A DNA stretch of 64,000 nt from Eledone cirrhosa (GCA_964016885.1 OZ024746.1:86924001-86988000); one strand, 5' to 3'; counted from the stretch's first letter, positions 30,106-45,116 are shown. Numbers and translations are program-made. The notes: generated by a model not told the origin, from the letters alone.

Positions 30106-30944
30106 TGTTCTTTCGCTCAACCTCTAACGTGTTATTGTTACTTTCAAAAGGGTTATTATCATTATCATTGCAAATCAGTCGAACCACATCTGTTAATTCC
30201 TTTGGTGGTCTGCTATTAGATTCCAAAGTCAATTCGAAAAGGAGCGTGAGAGATAGAGGTGGGGGCAGGTGTTAACCAAATTCCACCAAACCGTCAGGAA
30301 TTTGGATACATCTTCATAACATTCTATAATTATTGAATCAAATAAATGTTCATGTTCCATCCGAAGGGATGTAATGTTATTTAATCGATAAGTGTTATGA
30401 AATCATAACAGAGATTAGGTTTTTAATTTTAATTGTAGGATATATGTCTGTTGAGTTCCCCACTATCAACGTTCAAATTTTCTGCAATGCCTACGTAAAA
30501 GTCACTGACATTTAGAGAAGACTGACATTTGATGACTTTACATAGAGTTTATGATTGCAATTTTAGCAACATGTGTATCAAATACAAGTTTTTCACAGCT
30601 GCTTTTTTATGTTTTGAAAGGAACTCGGTGCAAGGAAGCAAGTTATCTTCAATGCAGCAGGTCCCAAGTAATCACTAATTTTGTTGGAAGTTACCATGAA
30701 CATGATATGCAAAGTTGCAATACACCGTAGACCTTCAAATCAGAAAATTGACTTTCAACAGAATCTCTACTCTAAACATTTAACTGTGATTGGACCATAA
30801 ATTGATAATGTTGCTGCTAACAATAATTCAGACCCCTTACCAATTAAAGGTTTTAAATACATTTTAACAACGGTGAATCTCAGAAAGTTATTTTCAAAGG
30901 ATTTCAGACATGAGCATCCTTTGATTAATAGGAATAAAATTTGG

Positions 30945-31100
30945 TATAGTATTTTCACGGTAAAGGCTTTACTTCACATAAATATCACACATAGTATCGA
31001 ATCTACAAGATTTTGATGTTTATTTTGAGACAAATACCTTAATGTTAGTATGAACAGCCAGTTACGGCTGATCTGACCAGTGTAAATGCTAAAGGTTTAA
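30945..31100. mobile_element. Partial copy of piggyBac-like MITE
   Basis: Similar to 40780-40965; ends ...gctaaaggtttaa. Confidence 0.5.
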
Positions 31101-31709
31101 ACGAAAATACAGTTTCGCTATCTGATTGCGATACATTTTAATTTTTTTAGACCAATGTCTCTTAACTTTCCATCTCTATCCAATCTTTATTAGATATTTC
31201 CAAACCACATACGACAAGAATAGACATTCTTGTATATAACGCGAATTATTTCGTGACGCTAACCGCATTTATTATTTAGTTTTAGCATCCTTTAGAGAAA
31301 ATTCAATATTCAGGAAACTGCAAAGAGAGATAAATGATGAATAAGATCAAGTTTCCCATAAGAATCCAGAAATTTCATCTCAGTGAGAAATGTTCCTCGG
31401 GTTAAGATTAGGGATTTTAAATAGTTGATACTTGAATTCGCATTGATAAACGTTGCTTCATAACCTGGAAATGAAATAAACCTACAAGCTTCAGTTGCGA
31501 TTACGGAAGCTCTGGAGGCAAAATTGGCCGTGAACAAAACTACATACAACATTCCAGTATTCGGTGATGAAACACTAGAAAACATTAGTTAGCTATTTAT
31601 GTGCTAAACTGTGAGTATATCAATTATATGATAATATATAAATAAAGACGAATGCCAAACAATTCGTTTCTTTCTTCCTTTAATTCTGTTTCTATGTCCT
31701 TTTCAGACT

Positions 31710-32200
31710 GGAGCATATAGATTCAGAGGCCAACTTCTATGATCTTTTGTTATGTTCTCAGCTTCTAGTGAGACAAAGTCACTATTCATGAATTGCTGTG
31801 GTAAAAGGAAGCGCATCAGTATTCTCAGACGGCTACTTGTTACACCGTGAACTTCATTAGACTTATAAAAGCACCAGCTGGGCGTGTTGATCCGGGTGAT
31901 AGCTTACGATACCATCTAATAAAAAGCATAGGATATCAGACTGGAATTCGCAGAGAATACTTACACAATATTCACGATTTCCTGAGAGAAGTATAGAGGT
32001 CACTTGTGGTGTCCTAATCAATTGAATCTAACACAGAAATCCGGATTATAAAACAAACCACTGAAGTACATAACCATGTCTCTACCTTCAGCAAACGAGT
32101 TCATTCGGTAAGACATCTTGGAACTAAGATTAAATTTGGATGAAAAGTATTTTACACGGACTTGAATGGCTAGAACGTCAGAAATTCTTTATTCACTAAT
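31710..32200 (+). mobile_element. Possible ancient LINE (CR1/L2-like) RT remnant
   Basis: Short residual motifs such as EVTCGV (gaggtcacttgtggtgtc). Heavily eroded. Confidence 0.25.
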
Positions 32201-32339
32201 CAAAATGTAACACATTAATACATATGTTATTATAACTAAATTTTATTATGAGTGTGACTTATCCTTAATATTATATTATTATTTGACGCCGTCCTGTTCA
32301 ATATATGGTTCATAAAAGAAAAAAACGAAAATAACTTAT

Positions 32340-32565
32340 TTCTCTTCGCCCACTTATTCCTGGGAGAGGCGTTAGGGGCAGGGTCCTCAAACACTCCCTC
32401 CAGTGAGTCCTGTCAGTAGCAACTGTCTCCAAATGATCCGACTGGATCCTCAAGCGTGACCAGCCAAGCACATGGATGTTATCCAACCATCTTGCCCATG
32501 GTCTCCACGTGGGTCTATTACCTGTTGGTTTCGCCCGTAAAATCTGTCCAGTGATTTTTTTCCTG
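32340..32565 (-). mobile_element. RTE-clade LINE 3'-end fragment
   Basis: KPTGNRPTWRPWARWLDNI...VATDRTHWRECL resembles the G.RP.GRP..RW.D / A.DR..WR C-terminus of RTE elements. Confidence 0.65.
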
Positions 32566-32797
32566 AGACATTCTACCCACATTTTAATTAATTAAGAAAC
32601 AAACAACAAAGAACAAACAAATAATTATCCAAGTATATTGTGTTCTTTGTATATAACTGAACAGACTGACACTTTTGTTCAGAATTGGAGTCGCTACAAA
32701 TGTACAATTGATTCACATGACATTCCTAGTTGTAATTTGTCTCATCTGATAACATTATAGATGATTGGAAACGTAATTACATTATTGTATTGGTAAA

Positions 32798-32990
32798 GGG
32801 CGGTGGATTGGCAGTATCGGTAGAGGGTCGGACGCCATGCTTTGACTCATAGAGTTACGGCCCTTGCCATTCTGAGTTCAAATCCCGCCGACGTTAACTT
32901 TGCCTTTCATCCTTACGGGGTCGATAAAATAAAGTACCAGTACTATACTTGGCTAATTGTTGGCCTTGTGCGAAAAGTAGAAACAATTAA
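32798..32990 (+). mobile_element. tRNA-derived SINE (OR-type), full length
   Basis: Same family as 6413. Confidence 0.85.
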
Positions 32991-34421
32991 TCTTTAGATG
33001 CCGTTCTTTGCTGAGATATGAAAAATTAATTTTTGATTTGTAGGAAGATATATTCCGTGATTCAGCCGGCGTCACGGATTTCCCTATTCATGTTTGTGTT
33101 AAATTATCAAAATAAACTATTGAAAGAAAGATAAGAGTAAAACAGCTTCATGGTATTCTCTATTAATAACTACCTTAAATAATACAACAGTTTAACTTAT
33201 TGAAGGATGTTTTACCGGTACCTTTTTTAACGACGTCACCTAAATAAACGTAGTAAAATGGAATAAAAATGGCATAGTGCAAAAACAGTTACTCAATGAC
33301 ACTTCCTATATATTACGTGTATGAGTGAAATTTCTTGTCAGTGAGATGTAGGAATACGCTTTTACAAAGCTCAATTTATGTCCCCGTTTCCATTGCATGT
33401 TGAAGGATTTCAAATAATTTAATCTTTTTTCCTGTGGTTTACGGCTTAACGAAACAGCCGGGATGGATTTTCTCTGATATCGAACATGAACGTAAAACGT
33501 CGGCCTGAGTAAAGTAGCATGTTATGTGTTAAGACACTTTTCCATTTCATTGATATTCCTTTCCGTTAAGACCATACAAAATGTTTGAGGAGAAAGTAAA
33601 ATCAAAAATCAAAACGGAACACTTAAATCGAGATGTGAATATTATTGCTTACAAATACACGTTTTAAGAGAAGAGTTATATTGATCGAAATATACGAGTC
33701 GTAATTGTTTCATCGATTCTGGTAGGAAGAAAGACAAAGTCAATCCCGATATTCAAAGTCAATCGCGATATTCTAACGCTCCACAAATTCTACGACAGCT
33801 CTCTTAATGCAATCCTATTAAAAATGTCTAGTATTGGCACAAGACCACATATATCAGTGAACGATATACGTCAAGTAAACCATCTTTTGTATGGGAATTT
33901 ATTTTAACGAGGCTGGATGATTTAAAAGCAAATCGAAATCAGTGGTCATTGAACGCAGAAACCGAACTACCGTAAAAAAAATTCTGAAATATTTAGCCCG
34001 AAGATCTACTTGTTCTACTGACTCCCCGTAGAAAATAAATATATTATAAACACGAATGCTTTAGAATTTAATTTCGACCTGGGCTGGATGTTACGCAAAT
34101 GGAATACAGGGAAAAAAAATCAAAGCCAAATACTGGAGAGCATTTATTCCAACCTGCCTATATTTCCATGAAATCTTCGATCTAATTTGCATTACCTCAT
34201 TGATCATGCATTTTAAACAGAAACAGAAAATATTTCACATTATTACGAGATATGTAAATGCTATGTAATATGTTCAAGTATATATTCTTTTTGTGTCTTA
34301 CAGATTTCTGTTTCTATTTAGAATGAATCATGCATTTGTGCACATATACATGGCTACACAAATACATATATACATATGCACTTGCGCCTACACAGAAACT
34401 ATGTTGTATATATATATATAT

Positions 34422-35228
34422 AGTGGTGGAACACTGGAAGGTAATATCCGTAGTGGTAGAGCACTCAGTCCAAGGGACGAGTTAGGTACAAGTGGTTACA
34501 CAACAGTTAGTTCACCATACCAAGAACAATTGTTTCACCTTCGCGGATTTTCAGCTCGGGATGTGTATGGTTATAGGAACAGGAAGGACAACTGTACGAA
34601 CGCGCATGCGCAGAAACTCGGTCACTTCACACAGGCAATACTAGACTGCGTGCGGGGGGTGGGGGTGTAAGGGAGGTAACTGCGAAAGTCCGGAAAGTGT
34701 TTTCGTTGAAAATAAAATAAAAAAATAAAAAATAAAATTACAAAGAATCAGTCCGGAGCCTTGTAGTTATGCAATAGATTTTTGGTGACGTGTGGACAAC
34801 GTGTGAAAAATTCACTTCTCGTGTTTAGGAAATCACGATTGCGGATAGTTATAGGATAGTTATTTGTTTGTCAATACATAAGCCACACGTCGGATTTCCC
34901 CTTGCGTATAGCTTGGACGTAGTGATGGCTTTACATTGAATGGAGTACCCTATACTTGAGTCATTGAGGGACCATACGTGGCTCGCGAGTTTCGTGGATG
35001 AACGTCTGTCCCGGTATCTGAATATAGACTGGTGGTTCAGGAAACGCTCCTTGAATTGGCCCTCCGCCATGCCCACATAGGATTTGACCTCCTGTGGTTC
35101 GTTTGGTCGGTTGGGAGTGACCACAGCTTCATAGATTACAACTGGTGTGTTGCATTGTTGTTGAAGGGGGCAAGCTTCAGTCTTACGGCAAGAGCACCCT
35201 GGTGGGGTGTTGCTCCTGGGGCAGCTGG

Positions 35229-35230
<2 letters not shown>
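34422..35230 (-). mobile_element. Penelope-like element 3' fragment (GIY-YIG + 3' UTR), same family as 12421-15069
   Basis: [42 protein letters not shown]. The 3' UTR matches 14830-15069 and includes a hammerhead-like motif at 34514-34560 (core CTGAAAA). Flanked by (TA)n. Confidence 0.9.
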
Positions 35231-35287
<57 letters not shown>

Positions 35288-35341
35288 GAAGTGGTTACAC
35301 AACAGTTAGTTCAATTACATATATATCTATATAAATATATG

Positions 35342-35372
<31 letters not shown>

Positions 35373-35581
35373 GTATATACAATGATCTTAAATAAATGGA
35401 AACTATATTTATAAAACCATATTTATTCTATTATATATATTTCAAGGTTACCAACATTTTGGTACGTTATTATCAGATAAAATACGAAATGTCTTATAAA
35501 TATTTGACATAACCAAGGATAATATACCTTAACGGTTCAAGTTATCCCTCTATAGTATGTATATATATCTAACAAAGGAAA

Positions 35582-35803
35582 TGTGGTAATGAACCAGATG
35601 GACCATAACGCACCAGAGTACTCAATACTTAGGGTAGTAGAGTGGGAAATAGGAAAGAGTATGACCCCGACGGCAGAGCTCAAGCCGTTTCGACGGCTAT
35701 TTCTGGACTAAATTATAATTTTTAGCCTAAAAATCCTAATTTAGTCCAGAAATAGCCGTCAAAACGGCTTGAGCTCTGCCGTCGGGGTCATACTTTTTCC
35801 TAT
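35582..35803. mobile_element. Short hairpin element family 'GCCGTCG', copy 2 (complete hairpin)
   Basis: Same leader as 15083. ~65-bp arms 35649-35715 / 35737-35803. Confidence 0.8.
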
Positions 35804-35820
35804 ATATATACACACACATT

Positions 35821-35867
<47 letters not shown>

Positions 35868-36089
35868 GCATATATATATATATACATATATATAATATAT
35901 ATACATATACATATATGCATATATATATACATATATATAATATATATACATATACATATATGCATTTATATATATATACATATATATAATATATATACAT
36001 ATACATATATGCATTTATATATATATACATATATATAATATATATACATATACATATATGCATATATATATATATATACATATATATAA

Positions 36090-36120
<31 letters not shown>
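35801..36120. repeat. (TA)-derived minisatellite with ~45-50 bp higher-order unit
   Basis: Repeated catatatataatatatatacatatacatatatgca units. Confidence 0.85.
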
Positions 36121-36122
<2 letters not shown>

Positions 36123-36414
36123 TTGTGTCTTTGTAATGAGATAAATGAAATAAAGTCACGTTCATGTTACTCCAAGACATATCAGGGAGTGTGAGATAGG
36201 ATTATTGGGATATCGCTTGCAATACACTCAGAAGAATGAAACGAAACTGATGCATAGTACCTACGATGCAAGCAGGCTACTTTTATACGTAACACTAAGA
36301 TGTTGACAAATATATTTGTTCGCATATGTAGTGTACCTCTCAACTTTCAAACACAGACACACAAACACGCACACAACGCACAAACACATTTATATAAATA
36401 ATATGAATCTCTTT

Positions 36415-37595
<1,181 letters not shown>

Positions 37596-38394
37596 TACAA
37601 AGATATATTTTCATACTTACATGCCTACTTAGTATGCAAACCGAAAATAAATTATATATATTTTCTTTTATGTAAAGTATGCTTCAATACACACACACAT
37701 ACACGCAAACATACATACATACGTACATTGATACGTATATATACAGACAGACACACTGACACATACATACAGACTCACATACACACATACACACACAGGC
37801 ACACAGTCAAAACACAAATATACACACATATATATATATATACATACCACACACATATATATATATACGTACAAATATATACGTATATATGTACATGTAT
37901 AATATATGTATCTGTATGCATACATGACTAATGACATTCAGAAAAGAACGGACGATCATATGCACGTACCTATGCTTGTATTCTACATATATAAAAATAT
38001 GCATATATGTGGCATATTAGTTCGATTTTCTTTTGTATAGACTGTTCTATATGCGCGTTACTGTTTGACAGAGCTTTTAAATTTGATGTTTACTACAGAG
38101 AGCATTGAATATAGGATTAATATGGAATGCATAAGATAACTGATGAATAATTCATTCATTTGAACATTTCTGTGCAAGACATTAAGCAGGATATACTGGA
38201 ATCTCTTCTGATTGCAGCACATCTGGCGATTACACGAACGAACGAGGGAGAGATGTTGAAGGGAAGAACATAGAAATAGAGTATGAAGTGGTAGAGAGAA
38301 AGCAGTGTCCAATTCTTCATGAAATAAACTTATGTGCGAATCACATGTCATATATAAATAACCACACAGACATACACACATATACACACATATA

Positions 38395-38450
38395 TAGGAA
38401 AAGAGTCAGGACCACAACGGCTGAGCGCCGGCCGTTTCGACAGCTAGATC
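38395..38450. repeat. Degenerate half copy of the 'GCCGTCG' hairpin family
   Basis: taggaaaagagtcaggaccacaacggctgagcgccggccgtttcgacagcta. Confidence 0.55.
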
Positions 38451-38731
38451 TCAACTGTATATATATTTAAAGAGTCGAAGCTATTTTTGCAGCATATGTA
38501 GACATTTTATTTGTTTTTTACAATTTCGATATCGATCTACTCATGGTAAAATCAAAGTTACATCTCTTTTTCGACATCTCGTCAGATATACATCTAAACT
38601 CTAAATCTATTTACATTCTGCACACTACAACCGTAACACTGAAATACAACCCAAAAGAAACGGACCTGGTAACGGCATTTAGTACTTCGAACCATCTTTA
38701 ACTGCGTTACACACACCTAACTAACACACAT

Positions 38732-38780
<49 letters not shown>

Positions 38781-38891
38781 AAAAATGGCGTGCTGCGATG
38801 TTGCAAATGGGATACATATGAATAAAATTAGAGCGAGAAGACGGCGTCCGTTACCAGTGAACTTCCAATGAATTATGTTGTTGAAATTTTG

Positions 38892-38983
38892 TATTTTAAA
38901 CTTTGCTTCACGACATACTCTACATACGGATTACATTGAGTTCTTCCATATGTAGAATATGTCGTGAAGCAAAGTTTAAAATA
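38892..38983. repeat. Hairpin with ~38-bp arms
   Basis: tattttaaactttgcttcacgacatactctacatacgga / tccatatgtagaatatgtcgtgaagcaaagtttaaaata. Confidence 0.85.
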
Positions 38984-40735
38984 TATATATATATATTTAT
39001 ATATATATATATACGTTTAATATTGGTGGTTTACCACTGGCTAGACTGGGTCATTCTGCAATATTATTCATGACGTAATATGAGAAAAGCACTCGACGTA
39101 ATGCAACTCATCCATCTTCAATGTTGAATCATGTTGGTGGTGAGGGACGGAGGAAATGTATTATCAAGTGAAAAACAGGAGGCCAAATATGTTGAATTTC
39201 CTTAATTTCTTATTACTGTAAACACTATACACATTTCAGTGGCCAGGCTGCGTAAGAAGCTGGTGACATTATCAAGTGTAAATTGCATAATAGATGTATA
39301 TCAACGGAATGATGGTAAGCTTTAAGTAAACCAGCAAAGAAAATCAAAGAGGAAAAAGTGTGTGCTATGATTTTGACTCTGAAACTCAGAGGCAGGCGAA
39401 CAATATAGCAGCATGCTACATCGTCCGTTCTGGGTCCAAATCATAGTACATACATTTTCCTGTTTGAGGAGAAGCTGAACGTTATCGCTTGTGAGTACCA
39501 ATGTTTATATATCGTAACATATATACCCCCTATTGAAAATGACAAACTATAATAAAATTACACAAATAAAGTCATACATCCATAAATCGAAACAGCGAAA
39601 CACCCAAACATACAGGCGTATATATATATAATGCAACATATACATTAGATACCATATTTATAACAAAATACACGAAATCTGCATAAATTACTCTATAAGA
39701 TTCAAATGCATAAAAACTACAGCAAAGCCGAAGACGTAATAAAAAAAGCTAATAAAACATAACATGAAATGCATCCCATGAAACCATAAATCTGCACTAA
39801 TAATACTTTAAAAAAAAAACACTTTATTAGTAACAATAAATCACAAGCATGCAAGCCTAGGAAAACTACAAATAACCAATGTGATTTATTAATTTGACAG
39901 AAAAAAATGAAAGTTCTAACCTTCATGGAGCCAATTGCTGTAATGGTTATACAAGAACACCTTCTTGCCAAATACTTACATTGAGTTTTCAAAAATGAGC
40001 GATCGTAACAATAGACACTATACAGCACAAGCAACTAGATACTCGAACACTAACATACAATTAATCTGTTTTATATAGAATTCCTGAAAAAAAATCTGAC
40101 ATTTAATCACGGAAACAATCGCGATACAACACGAATAGGAATATAGAGGACAAAATACAATTCTAAGCTAACTAACCGCATATATACATCATAAACACAT
40201 GTCGTATGCTATATAAGCCCAACTCCCATGCTACAAGTGTCAAATTCCGGTAAGAAAATACTGACAAAGAGATAACTGCATGAAATATCATACAACGTAT
40301 ATCCCTACAATAAATGGAAGAGTTAATGATATGCCAAAACCGCTCTTGATTTTGAAACATCGATAAAAGGATGGAATTAGTAACTTTGTTGGACCAAACA
40401 ACCTGCAAAGGAAAAGCCCAATAAAATAGTTGTAACTCGAAATTAATCACGGCGCTAAGAACGCATCATCTATAGAAGTAGTGTTCTCCACATATACGTG
40501 ATATATTACATTATTCTCTAACATTTGAAATGTGCAATTAAATAAGGACAGCTGCAGATATAATAAATATATATTATTTCATGAAAAATAGTGTATTCTA
40601 TTGGTTCACAGAATATAGATTCAGAAAATCAACGTAGAACATTTATCTATACTGTGTCACATATATATTAAAGTGTATTTGAATTGGTTTATCATGTATG
40701 ATATTTAATTTACTAATATATATTTATAAAGGTTA

Positions 40736-40965
40736 TTAAACATTTAGCATTTACATTACTCTATATATGCTATTCTATTTTTTTGGTAAAGGCTTTATCT
40801 TACATATATTATCTCATATAATATCGAATCTACGAGGTTGTGATATTAATTATTTTGAGAATAATACCTTAACATCAGTACGAGCGGCCAATTACAGCCG
40901 GTTTAAACAGAAGCAGGTGAGGTGATTCTGGCCGGATATGGGTAGTTTAGATGGTAAAGGGTTAA
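40736..40965. mobile_element. piggyBac-like MITE
   Basis: TTAA-acatttagcat ... atggtaaaggg-TTAA termini. A second copy lies at 30945-31100. Confidence 0.55.
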
Positions 40966-42005
40966 ATATTGTAGGTAGAGAATCTCACAATTTAGTATGA
41001 TATATGGAGTTGTTTTAAACATAAAACAAAATTCTCTGAAAGCCATTGAGGAAACTAGCGAATCTATCATTTATATAATTTAATGTTATCTCAAATGAAA
41101 AATCTGCTTCCTTTGTTTCAATTCAATAAACTCACGATACAATGTTTAGCTAATGTGGACAGGATGATACATGGTTAATATGTTTCATAATAGATGATTC
41201 CCGAAGGAAAAGGGAGTTATCTATTTTCCCGGGTAAGGCAATTTCATTGAGACGTTCTTCATATAGCTTTGTTTGAAGCGGCACCTGAAAGAATTCAATT
41301 TATCATAATATCTAATGGAATGACATAAGTCACATATTTACTCAGATCAATTCAAAGATATTCTCTTTCAATACGAATTGCCTCAACATGTTCAGAGCAT
41401 GATAGATTTTGTAAAGAAAATCAATTACATAAGATTGTGTAATCTGCATTCAAATATATCACTTTTGACATAGAGAAGCCACTTTTACCGAACAGCAAGG
41501 TTAAAAATATGTTTCTTGATTTTCTATAAATAACCAGATCAGCCTCTAAAAAAGAAAGATGGACATGATGGAATGTACAAAATGCCAAAGCCGACCTGAC
41601 ACAAAACAGTATCAGTAACGCAAGCGAATGGATGTTGGATCTTTGAGAGCGACAATCACATTATATACTTCGATAGCTGCACGTCTCTTATCTGAAACAT
41701 TTCACGGGAAATCGTATGTATATCTTTAGTCTAAATGATGTAACCATTTAAATTGAAATATTATCAGTCCCACTCAACTCAAATGTCTTAAGAAAAGGAA
41801 TAAAATCTAACATTTGGTGGGGGAGGGGGGGGGGGGGGGGTTGATGTGTATGCATGTTTAATGTGTATAAATACGTGTTAGTATGTATATGAATTTTGCT
41901 TAGATATGGGACATATAATGGAAACAGAATACACCGAAGATATAAGTGTATGCAAAAAATTCTCACTCATCGGCTGTCATCTATGAATCTATATAGATTC
42001 AGATG

Positions 42006-42087
<82 letters not shown>

Positions 42088-42414
42088 GAAATACGGGGAA
42101 AAAATAGACGAAAATATACTTATATTTTCTTCAAAGTCCCGACTGCAGTTTCGCCGAATCCGTTTGCAGCATTACAGAAGTGCATCATCACTGTGAGGTT
42201 AATAAGGCTTATCAAGAGACCACTCAACAATGACTGTTTCTTGACGCGTTCGTAACAAGTGAGACATTTTCGGAAGGCTGAGGAAGAAATTAACAAGTAA
42301 TACAGTGGTCACAGAAGAGTAGTAAAGGTGGACAAAAATTGAGCACCGTATTTGCTAGAAAAAGCAGCTAGCGCAGACCTGGTTAACTCGACCATAGGGG
42401 AATTTGGGACGATA

Positions 42415-42608
42415 TAATAATAATTGTTTCTACGTTTGTCACAAGCCCATCAATTATCGTAGTGCATTAAAAGCACTTTATTTTACCGACCCGATAAGGA
42501 TGAAAGGCAAAGTTGACCGCGGTGGGATTTGATCTCAGACCGTAAAGGACCGTAACTCTATGCTGCAAAGTATGGCGTTTGACCCTCTACCGATGTTGCT
42601 AATCCACA
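42415..42608 (-). mobile_element. tRNA-derived SINE (OR-type)
   Basis: Reverse complement of the 6413 family. Its 3' part plus flank is duplicated in inverted orientation at 42780-42911. Confidence 0.85.
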
Positions 42609-42640
42609 CATGATATACACACACACATATTCATATATGT

Positions 42641-42697
42641 CCAGAATTAGCCGTCGAAACGGCTTGAGCTCAGCCGTCGGGGTCCTACTCGTTCCTA
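42641..42697. repeat. Half copy of the 'GCCGTCG' hairpin family
   Basis: ccagaattagccgtcgaaacggcttgagctcagccgtcggggtcctactcgttccta. Confidence 0.75.
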
Positions 42698-43063
42698 TAT
42701 ATATATATATATATATATATATAACGGCGATGAATTAGTTTTGCGAGGTTTTTTAATGAAATCGTGTGTCGAAACAAGTTCAAATCCCACCGCGGTCAAC
42801 TTTGCCTTTCATCCTTATGGGGTCGGTAAAATAAAGTGCTTTTAATGCACTACGATAATTGCTGGGCTTGTGAGAAACGTAGAAACAATTATTATTATAT
42901 CGTCCCAAATTGCAACATTGAGGACCGAGTAAATTAGATTACCGATATAAAAGACACAGAAGCGAAAGGCGAAAACCAACCAAACAGCGAGTGTGTTCTG
43001 TTATTAATTCTGGCAATATTACACAAATATGACCCTCCCCAAGTTTAACAATATATATATATA

Positions 43064-43375
43064 TATAAAGTAAAAAAGATGAAATCGAAAATGCAATTGG
43101 AGTCTTATTTACAAAAATATATATATATATATATTTATTTGGTTACTTTACCGGTTTCGCAGTTCTTCTGCTTTTCAAAAGTAGAGTTAAGATGAAGGGT
43201 CTGTGGTTTTTCTCACATCTCAGAGATGTGAGAAAAACCACAGACCCTCCATCTCAACTCTACTTTTGAAAAGAAGAAGAACTGTGAAACCGGTGAAGGA
43301 ACCAAATAAATATATATATTTAAAAAAAAAATAAGACTCCAGTTGCATTTTCGATTTCATCTTTTTTTCTTTATA
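43064..43375. mobile_element. Perfect-centred fold-back element with a hammerhead in each arm
   Basis: Arms are reverse complements around 43222 (ctcacatctc-a-gagatgtgag). Confidence 0.85.
43144..43183 (-). ncRNA. Minimal type I hammerhead ribozyme, U3-A8 core variant
   Basis: Minus strand TACTT-TTGAAAA-GCAG-AAGAA-CTGC-GAAA-CCGG-TA-AAGTA, then ACCAAATAAA. Palindromic stem III ACCGGT, GUA triplet. A mutated plus-strand twin lies at 43261-43300. Confidence 0.7.
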
Positions 43376-43465
43376 CTTTCACTCGTGTAGGACACCGGTT
43401 ATTTTTCATTTTGTAAAAAACCCCTCATTTTCTAATATATATATATATATATATAACGAAGGAGG

Positions 43466-43656
43466 TGTGATAAGGAACCACATGGACCATAACACACCAG
43501 AGTACGCAATACCTAGGGTAGTAGAGTGGGTAATAGGAAAATGTCACATCCCGACGATAGAGCTCAAGCCGTTTCGACGGCTATTTCTGGACCTGGCTAT
43601 TTCAGTCCAGAAATAGCCGTCGAAACTGCTTGAGCTCTGCCGGCGGGGTCTAACAT

Positions 43657-43661
<5 letters not shown>
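43466..43661. mobile_element. Short hairpin element family 'GCCGTCG', copy 3
   Basis: Same leader and inverted repeat as 15083/35582. Confidence 0.8.
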
Positions 43662-43705
<44 letters not shown>

Positions 43706-43881
43706 GACATACATATGTACATATGTATATATATATTTACACATATTTGGATCGCCGTTGACTCTAATGAGTTCTTCTTCCCTTTGTCATACGTACATAA
43801 ATATGTACGTACATACTGGCAAGAATTTGTGAATTTATAAAACCAGACCATACAAACATACATACATACACATGCATATAT

Positions 43882-43931
<50 letters not shown>

Positions 43932-44105
43932 AGTATATGTTGGTTGTATACCAACAGCTAAGTATGCAGATTGGAGCACTCGACGGAGTGCGCAGGCTGG
44001 TTAGGTTACTCCGGAGTAATGTAAAATAAAATAAAATAAAATAAAATAAAATAAAATAAAATAAAATAAAATAAAATAAAATGTTTAAAATTTAGCTTCG
44101 TTTAT

Positions 44106-44161
44106 TACTGCTATATATATTTCGGTGACAGCCATCTTTGGCTGTGACCTCTTCAAGCAGT
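44106..44161 (-). ncRNA. Hammerhead ribozyme, minus-strand twin (U3.G8 variant)
   Basis: ACTGC-TTGAAGA-GGTCACAGCCA-AAGA-TGGCTGTCACC-GAAA-TATATA-TA-GCAGT-AATAAA. Confidence 0.7.
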
Positions 44162-45061
44162 CCGAATTAGTGTGGCATAGACAAGTACATATGTTGTTGA
44201 GGTGTATAACTTTGTCAATACTCTGATATGCCCAGTTCCTGGTTGGGTTGTTATTTCACTGAGGAACTGGAATCATATGAATTCAAACAAACGAATTTCA
44301 GTGTCAAAGGGCCTCTTCTCCTCTCATTGGTCAGTTGTTAGAACATTCCTCATTCAAAATTCTATAGAAATTCGTTCTGTGGCAAGCCAATCTGTAGTTG
44401 TTGTTCTTCATATACATGGAATAACCCCCTCCCCCCCCCACCACCACCACCACGGGAGATGGTGGCAGGAGGGATGAAGAAACACACACACAGATACTTC
44501 TAAATTGTCAGCAGCAGCAAGACATAAACTGACCACAACACCAACAACACTACTAAAATAAGGGTAGAGGTCAGATGTACTTAACAATAGCAAACACAAA
44601 CACTACAGGGAACCTCACCCCAGAAAGAACTTCCATAGACTTTGGACTGAGGAATGCTCTCAAAACTGACCTATGGGAAGTTTGACATTTTTTTGTTATT
44701 TTGTTCCTTTACCATCTTATTCCTTCTACCACTTTATCAATTTTTTTTTAGCTAACTCCAACAATAACAACACTACCAACACAAGAATTGAGGTCAGATG
44801 TACCTAACAATAACAAGAACAACAACTACAGATTGGCTTGCCTCAGAACGAATTTCTATAGAATTTTGAATGAGGAATGTTCTAACAACTGACCAATGAG
44901 AGGAGAAGAGGCCATTTGACACTGAAATTCGTTTGTTTGAATTCATATGATTCCAGTTCCTCAGTGAAATAACAACCCAACCAGGAACTGGGCATATCAG
45001 AGTATTGACAAAGTTATACACCTCAACAACATATGTACATGTCTATACCACACTAATTCGG

Positions 45062-45116
45062 ACTGCCTGAAGAGGTCACAGCCAAAGATGGCTGTCACCG
45101 AAATATATATAGCAGT
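45062..45116 (+). ncRNA. Type I hammerhead ribozyme with canonical core
   Basis: ACTGC-CTGAAGA-GGTCACAGCCA-AAGA-TGGCTGTCACC-GAAA-TATATA-TA-GCAGT, then AATAAA. Predicted cleavage after A45111. Confidence 0.85.

Noticed and set aside
31310-31585. 91-aa minus-strand ORF
   Set aside because: No recognisable motif; lies in a region that appears to be an eroded LINE.
44202-45021. Identical 'MYNFVNTLICPVPGW...' ORFs on opposite strands
   Set aside because: A by-product of the inverted repeat; non-ATG starts and no recognisable protein.
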